Of a DNA stretch of 64,000 nucleotides, positions 52,807-64,000 are shown piece after piece. Source of the DNA: Chrysomallon squamiferum (lineage: Eukaryota; Animalia; Mollusca). Position 1 is the first letter of the stretch, and each line of letters starts with the position of its first letter. The position numbers and the translations under genes are program-made. The stretch spans positions 12,958,001 to 13,022,000 of the forward strand of contig CM022665.1 of assembly GCA_012295275.1 (NCBI GenBank), written 5' to 3'. The notes under the pieces were generated by a model. That model was not told the DNA's origin and made no database searches. It saw only the letters and a program-made list of their open reading frames with translations.

Positions 52807-55800
52807 TTATTCTGCTGGTTCAAACGTGTAATGTTTTATTGTTGGTTCTTTTTCTGGGTCACCACCCTTTTCCAAATATAGGTTGTTGAAAGGATACTGC
52901 TTTGGCATCTGAAAGTAAAGATGTGAAAGAAAAAAGGTTTTCAACAAGCGTGTTAAATCTTCATTTTCTAGAAAACCAAGCTCATACTCTAATAAAATAT
53001 TAATTGAAAAAAATAATGCTGCTTTACAATATTTGTATGAATGGCTATTTGAAATTGTTCATAAGAAAAAAAAAATGTTTTATTTTTGTGAATAGGAAGG
53101 AATAGAACTGTATTAATGAGACAATGTGTGTAACCTATCAAAGTGTTGTTATGTACCAACCAGCATGTGACAGAAAAATGGAAGAGTGTAGTTGCATCAT
53201 ATGACTCTGGACTACTTTTCATCTCAAAAACAATATTTTAATGTTTTTATTTGTAAACATTTAAAAAAAGGAGAAAACATTTAATCATTTAAAATGCTCC
53301 CAGATCAGTCATGTCCAACAAATTAGCAGAACTACTGATGTACTGGATATTTTTCCTGGTTATTTACACATAAAAGAATTATTTCAGCATTAAATCTTAC
53401 TGCAGGCAGAAAATGTGGGTATGGTGTTGTAAGGTAAATTAACAGAGCTATGCCTCCTAAGACACATGTTGTAGTCAGGATCATTTCCCAGCTGAAAAAA
53501 TTAATAATAATTATATAAATAAAAGTTTAGCAGTCTGTTTCAGTGTAACAAACTGTTTAATTGTTAAAAGTGACTGACTTTTTGTTTTTTGTTTTTTTAA
53601 AGAAAAAATGTTTATTAACAGAGTTTAAAATCCTTGGTGCATGGAGTAAAACAAAAAAAATTTAATTGAGTTTCTCAAGTATAATGATTTTCCAATATTT
53701 GTGCACATACTTAATAAGCCAATTTTGTTTGGTTTGACAAATTTAACTGTACTGTGAAATTCATTTAATCATTACAAAACTTACTAAGGATATTTAGGAT
53801 TGACACTGGCATCCCACCTATCTTCTCCAATTGCATCATAATCCACATGCAGCTGCAAAAATAAAATTATAAAATGTACTGAACAATATTCACCTTGGTC
53901 AGTCGTGCCAATATTTTAAGTGTAAAATTAATTTGACATTTTATTGACATGTAAATTATTAATAATATGTAATACTAATTTCTATTACTAACTTTTATGT
54001 ATGAAACATACATTTCAACAAAAAAAATTTTAGTTTCTAATATTGATTTAGCAGCTTATAGTCAGGCAAGTTATTATTATTCAATACTATTAATATCTAT
54101 TATTATAATTATGTATTTTGTATATTTCCAAATACTGAGTTTTGAAATCTAACACTGTATTTATTGTGCTGTATCATCATTGCTGAAATAGATATATATT
54201 ACAAATACAAAAATCTATAAAGTCAAAACTATGAAACATAAATTCATCCCCAGATTGGTCTTCTGTGGGAATGTCTATTAATGTGATCACTTTCAACAAA
54301 TTTGCCCAGTACTAAGAGTATCAGTAGTTAAAAATTTTCAAGAAAAGCAAACATCTGAATCCTAAAATTGTCATGCTTTCCTGGCACTGAAAACAATTTA
54401 GTACAAGTACTACAACCTTACTTATAGTTATAATTTTAAATGTAGATCTAAAATCTCTTTACTTAAAACCTGTACTATTAAAGATAATTAAAGGCATTTA
54501 AAAACAAAAACACACAATTATTTTTGTCTATATAAACCACACACACACACAAAAGAGAGAAACAGGTAACTAACAGGTTCTCCATAATTCCTTTTCATCT
54601 CTGGAATATCCCAGTCTTCATTAGCATCCCTAGAATCCCCAGAAACATATGGTAACTTGGGATAATCTCCATATCCTAAACCATCATCAGGATAAACATC
54701 ATAGTCTTCAACTCTCAGACCATATTTCTTAGCAGCAGCCGCCCTTTCTTCTGGTGTTTTGGGGAATGAGGCAGGCTTCCAATCCTTATTCCAATCTGTG
54801 AATTTAAAAATATTAAATTAATGAGTTCAAGACTTACAATTTAATATACTTTGTATTTTAACTCTGAAAAATGTTTATGCACATGAATGAAAGTTTATAA
54901 ATATCTGCCTTCATAGCTTCGCTATTGAATTTAAAAATAAACATTTGTAAGCTATGGGACCTAATCCAACTTCAGCTGCAAGTTGATATTAATAATATTC
55001 TGTTATTAAGTCTTCTTAAATATTTATTTTCAATGCTAAATTTTATTTTGGAATTTAGATTACACTAAATGTTTTAACAAAGAAGTAAGTAAGAATGTTA
55101 ACAAGGTTGACTAATTAACTTGATGTGTTTGTAGAAGTATTAAGTATTTTATATATTTTATATTGAGATGAAAATAGATAATCTCATCTTATTTTTAACA
55201 TTAAAGCCTGTTATCTGTGAAACTGTTTCAGTAGATACATTTATTTTCTATATACTAAGGACATTTTATTAAAGCACTAATTTTTATATGTATGTAATCT
55301 TGGGATTGTCTAGTCTCTATAGTATATATGAAATAGAGAAAAGATAAATCAATGACAAATATAAAGTAAGTAAACTGCTTTTGACTGCAGATATATGCAA
55401 ATAATAAAAGTTCTGTTTGACCATCTGTAATACCCCTTTACAGTAAAATATGCAATGAGGAACTCCTAACAGTAATTTTAGAGTTAAGGTAAGTTAAGAT
55501 ATATTTTATGTATCAAGCAAACACAGCTTTTAAAATCAGTACCCTTCTCTTGCATGTTTTATTCTTTGATTCCACAGTTTTCATTGATTCTCCTGTGACT
55601 GATTTAATCTTTAATAAGGATTCTGTTGACAGGTTTTGTATTTTAACTTACTTTCCCAAACACTGTAAATAATTTAGTTGCTTTTGATTTTGTTTATGTT
55701 TACAAAATGTTTGTAAATTAATAAATAACTAAGGCTGTATTATTGATGTGTTATTTATCTAGTGAATGTTTTATACCATTGTGATAATAAATTAGTGGCA

Positions 55801-56502
55801 CAATTTAAATTTGCTTATTTTAGTGTTCTAAATGCCTATATTCCCAAAATATGAGAACAAACACATTAACTTAAGCACTGTCATATAATGATACATTATG
55901 ATTATACAAAATTGTTACACAACCAAATATCAAACACATAACGTATGTTCTACAGATTGCTTTTCTTTCCAAACTCATCTCAATAATGGGGAGCCTATTA
56001 ATTCAGAATCTAAATTTTTATGTTTGATTATTTTTTATACTCTGTTGTCTGTATAGTGTATACTGCAATTTTTAATTTATAAATTTATTTTAAATTTATA
56101 GTCATACAAATGAAATCATATCTCGGTTACATTAAACAACTACTAATTAGTGCCTGAAAGAAAATTATAAGTAAAAATTAAAATTGTAAACTATGTAATT
56201 TCTTAAGTTCTAGTACTAAAGCCAATATGTGAGTAATTGATAACTCTCTAAGCCACTAAGTCAGTAAGTGACTAAGTGTAAAAGTAGTTATTAAGTTCAC
56301 GCAAACACTCAATCATTCAATGTCACATTATTTTTCATCCATATTGTAAACAGTAACAAAAGCCTTAATTCATTTTACACCATTATCTCTAAAATATTAG
56401 CAGAAGATTACTTTGCAAAACTGCTGTTGATGAAATACTTCGACGCAGCGCAGAAGAATTCAAAATTTTGCAGGTCCTAAAGACTCTTGCCAAGGTCGCC
56501 AT
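52807..56502 (-). CDS. NDUFB8: NADH dehydrogenase (ubiquinone) 1 beta subcomplex subunit 8, 190 aa
   Basis: Exons 56502-56412, 54795-54575, 53852-53785, 53491-53401, 52908-52807, in phase. Mitochondrial presequence, [39 protein letters not shown], one TM helix, [17 protein letters not shown]. Confidence 0.96.
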
Positions 56503-56657
56503 CTTTGGACGAAGTCAAATAGTCTCGTTCAAATAGAACCCTTATTTTTGCATGTTCTAAATACCGAATGTTCTTCGGTGAACCAAAAAAAACAACAAAA
56601 AAACGTTTAACATTATTAACATTTATTACATTAAATCATAGCTACGTATTTGAAAAT

Positions 56658-56695
<38 letters not shown>

Positions 56696-58326
56696 TTAAT
56701 TAGTACAAACGTATTGTCCATTTTTAGTCACACTTATTATAATTATAATTACATTTATTGATAAGCAACATTTTTTTTTAACTTACTGAACATCTATAGC
56801 GACACACAATATTAATACCTTTTTCAATAAACATTGTTAATTCATAAAAAATATTTTAATGCTTAAAAAGAAGAAAATGTTCAACAAGTGAGTATCAAGG
56901 TTTAAAAGTCAAATGTCTATATCTGTGCATGTTTCAGATTATCGGGTTTATAATTTTGATGCCGGCTTAAATTTAAGAGAATAAATACATTCTATTTAAC
57001 AGTGATCCTCCTACGAAAAAAGTAAAAAAAACCCCCAAAAACAGATGAAGAAACAAACCAACCCCCACCCCACAAAAAAACAACAACAACAATGTAAAAC
57101 ACAATAATAATGGAATAGGTACTTCAGTTTTAAATTATACATGTATTTGACAGAATTTATTATACATATATTCAGGCATATATTCTTCACTGCATACAGT
57201 ACCATTGGATAAATGATACCATCTTAATAATAAGAAGAGTAACAACAATAAAATACAGAACGAAAAACAGAAAAATTCATCTAACTTTAATTTTATTTTG
57301 CATTAAAAACTGCTTTTTTCTGTACCAAATTTCAAATATATACAATATTTTAAACATTACACACATACACAATTTAACAGTCAGTCTGCATAACAGTCAT
57401 TCTAACGATCAAAACTTGTTATATATAGATGCAATGTAAAACAATATTCAGTATATAGGCCATAGATTTGTCCATTAATTCTTTTTTATAATTCATTGTT
57501 GTACATAAACATATAAAGAGAATCAAATACCATAACAGTAGTGTGTGTGTGTGTGTGTGTATAAATATATATATGTATGAATGCATGTGTGTCTCTATGT
57601 TTCTATATGTGTGTGTATGCATTTCTGTGTGTAACAAGAGAGAGGGAGAGAGACAGAGACATACACACAGACACAAACATATGTTAAAAGAATACTAATG
57701 CAAGTTTTTGTTTTTTATTTTCTTTCAAGTATTATTTTAATACAAAGTACATAAATGCAAGAACTTTTTCCTAAATATCTTATTTCAAAGACAGATAGAT
57801 TAACATCAGTTTTATTTTAAAACAACAATACCATCCCAATTCATGGGACTTGGACACTTCATCTGGAAGATAAACTGTATTGTTTATGTTAAGCAACTAA
57901 TCTACATTTGTTAGTTATTAATATAGATAGGTTGTGTAAAATATTTTAACTGTTTTGTAGCTGTGGTCCCATTGTATGATTTTAAAACCTGCTGAATAGC
58001 AGAAAATGATGAACTGTTTTTCAAAAATAGATGTTAATGATTATGTTATATAGCACTTGAATTGTCATTATGTAACAAACCAAAACAGCCAACAAATATG
58101 TAGTTTATATATTTTCCACATACAAACACCATAAAAATATATTAATACAAAAGTTGCATCAAATGTGAACAGTTGAATTTTAAATAAATTTATAACATAG
58201 AAAATAACAATGTGCATGGAATTGAAACTTTTTTTTATTTACTAGATCCATAATCCTTGATAAAATTTACTAAGAACATAGTACTAATAATGATGATGAT
58301 GATGATAATAATAATTATAATAAAAA

Positions 58327-58368
<42 letters not shown>

Positions 58369-60146
58369 TAATAATAATAATGAATGAATGAATAAGTAAA
58401 AAAAAAAAATAAACAAAAATAAATTAAAGTAATTAAAATAAAGGCTAATAATAACATAACTACTACCTCTAAAACCTTTTAAAAAGCTTGGAAAGTGATA
58501 AAAAGGAAATATAAGTCTACACTACATTCATCTGAAGATGGATAATGTACAATACTTTATGAATATTGTATTATAACATAACCTATACATTTGGCTTTTA
58601 AAAAACCCAAAGCTTTAAAGGATTATAGACAACAATAACACTGCAAAAACAAGAAAGGATAAAAAACCCAAAATAAAACATCAAATTATCCAGTATTTTA
58701 AAATATACTAACAAAATGGACACTCAAGTGGTTCTTTGGTTTTTGTGAATGCTTTGAAGCATAAGACATGTTTAATTTATTGGAATAAAAACTAATAAAA
58801 TGAAAGACAATGGAAATTTATTGTAAACTTAAAAAAAAAAAACAGCTGACAAATCACTGAATTACAGATTTATCAGTCATAGAAACAAGTCTGAGGTATC
58901 ATCACCTACACAACAGTCATGTCCCTTAAACCCATTCTTCAGCAGAAAAGTACTAACAGCCTCAGTCAAGCTGTCGTTTAAAAACTTGGTCACTTCACTG
59001 AAATTAATTTCTTATTGTTCTATTAATTGCTTAATTTGACAAATTAAAATCTTTGAGTGCTAACAAACTAGTGGCATTATTTACTAAGATCCATTAGAAG
59101 AATACAGGCTCTAATTAGAGAGGAACAGAAAAAAAAATGTCTGTTCATTTCTTAATTTTAAGCAAAAATTCCCCAATTGACTTGCTAATTTGTTAATCTT
59201 TCTGACTAACACTACTTTGTTAGTTTTCTAAACTAAATGTGAACAGAAGAGAACAGTTTTAAAACATCTTACTAAGGACAATATGTAACCTATCAAACGA
59301 AAAGGTGTCTTTACTCAGGAGTAGAAAATGATTTTTAAAATTTCACATTTAAGATATATATTGTTTATTTTCTGATTAGCATACTGAGATTATTTTCATA
59401 AAATTGAAGTTACGGAATAGTAACTGTGACTTCATCTCAATTACTTCAAATTTAAACTGCTGAAATTGCTAATGTGGATACATCATAGAAGTAGTACTGA
59501 TGTACATTTTAAGAAATTGCTTTTAACCATAAGGTCCCATCTTCAGAAACATAACCCTCCAAACTCTTTGTAGAAAAACATAAGATAAAATAAAAAAGAA
59601 AGATAGAAACTTGTCTTTTTGTGGGGATGGTCACAGAATCTTTGTCCAAACCTTAGATATTAACAAAACTGCAATAAGTATGTCATGAATGTAACATCAC
59701 CTACATAAGGTGAGCTTGCATATACAACAATTTAAATTCTACAGAATAATATACTGTATGTTTTTAATATAAAATACATTGTAACCTATCATTTTAATAA
59801 ACAATATGATTTTGATATATAATATATATCATTTTAAGACATAATGCAATGTAATACATAATTACAATAGTATACACTGTATCATTTTAATCCATTATGC
59901 AGTTTAATTTCTTATTTTAGTATACATCATTCTAATACATAATAAAATGTAATGTATAAGTATTATATATTATACAGAATATTATATATTATTGTAATAT
60001 AATTTTTCATTTTAATGTAATTTCTCATATGGTAGTGTATGTGTTTCAAAACCAGAAATGTTTTATTTGGGCTTCACAATCACACTGTGTTATATAACTA
60101 AAAGCACCCTGTTTCAAGGCAGTTTCACATCACAAGAAGAAAATCA

Positions 60147-63431
<3,285 letters not shown>

Positions 63432-63739
63432 CTGCAAAATTTTAAAGAAGCAAAAGAAGAAGTATAATTACAATAATTGTATCATTTTAAGTATCCAAGA
63501 TTAAAAGTATTTAATAATAATCATAGAAATGGCATTTCTAAAACAATTTCCCTAACAGAACACAAAAATAGGCACATATATATTCTTTCAGTTTAATACC
63601 TAAATCAACACTATATAAACAGACTCTGAAACATTAAAAATATATGAAATACTGCAGACCAAATCAGAAAATACAGACAATTAAAGCTCATTCAGATATT
63701 ATATGCATGTGCAAAATATCTCCAAAATAAATTGTAATA

Positions 63740-64000
63740 CAGTAATACCTTGCTTAACGATCTCCAGCTTTAACAAATTATGTAAATAGAAATTTAATAG
63801 TTAATTGCTCAAAATAAATGGCACAAATGGGTACAATGCATGTATTTAAATCTGTTTTTCATTTGTTTTTCATTTGTTTTTTGTTCAGTTGCCTCCTAAA
63901 GCTTCCCTCAGCTGTGTTGATCAGTTGACATGCAGATGTCACACATGCTTGTGGCATTCAGATTTTCTCTTCTCTTCTGCTTCCATTTAGACTCAACACT
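63740..64000. mobile_element. Probable end of a Tigger-like element
   Basis: TA-CAGTAATACCTTGCTTAACGA resembles pogo/Tigger TIRs; no partner end is visible in the window. Confidence 0.4.

Overview
AT-rich, microsatellite-dense eukaryotic DNA with spliced genes, probably a mollusc and most likely an octopod cephalopod (inferred from repeat landscape and protein sequences). Genes reconstructed by hand from splice sites and reading-frame phase: a GPI-anchored Kazal-like protein (-, 1701-~2620, start exon unresolved), an 11-exon DEG/ENaC channel (+, 5790-23586, 536 aa), a secreted 108-aa eight-cysteine Kazal-like protein (+, 30130-31974), CASP8AP2/FLASH (-, 33293-42233, ~2264 aa, one GC-AG intron, no C-terminal SANT/Myb domain visible), STRAP (+, 45148-49254), NDUFB8 (-, 52807-56502) and most of ATG5 (-, 60147->63431). 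Also present: Tigger/pogo and Tc1 remnants, tRNA-derived SINEs and a tandem duplication with a ~190-bp identical core. The most unusual signals are two paralogous Pro-P1 Kazal-like genes flanking the channel, and several decayed, intron-containing gene relics beside or inside the channel gene (CUB-CUB-LDLa-like, contactin-like Ig/FN3, an antisense repeat-domain gene). Most short ORFs in the supplied track are microsatellite artefacts.
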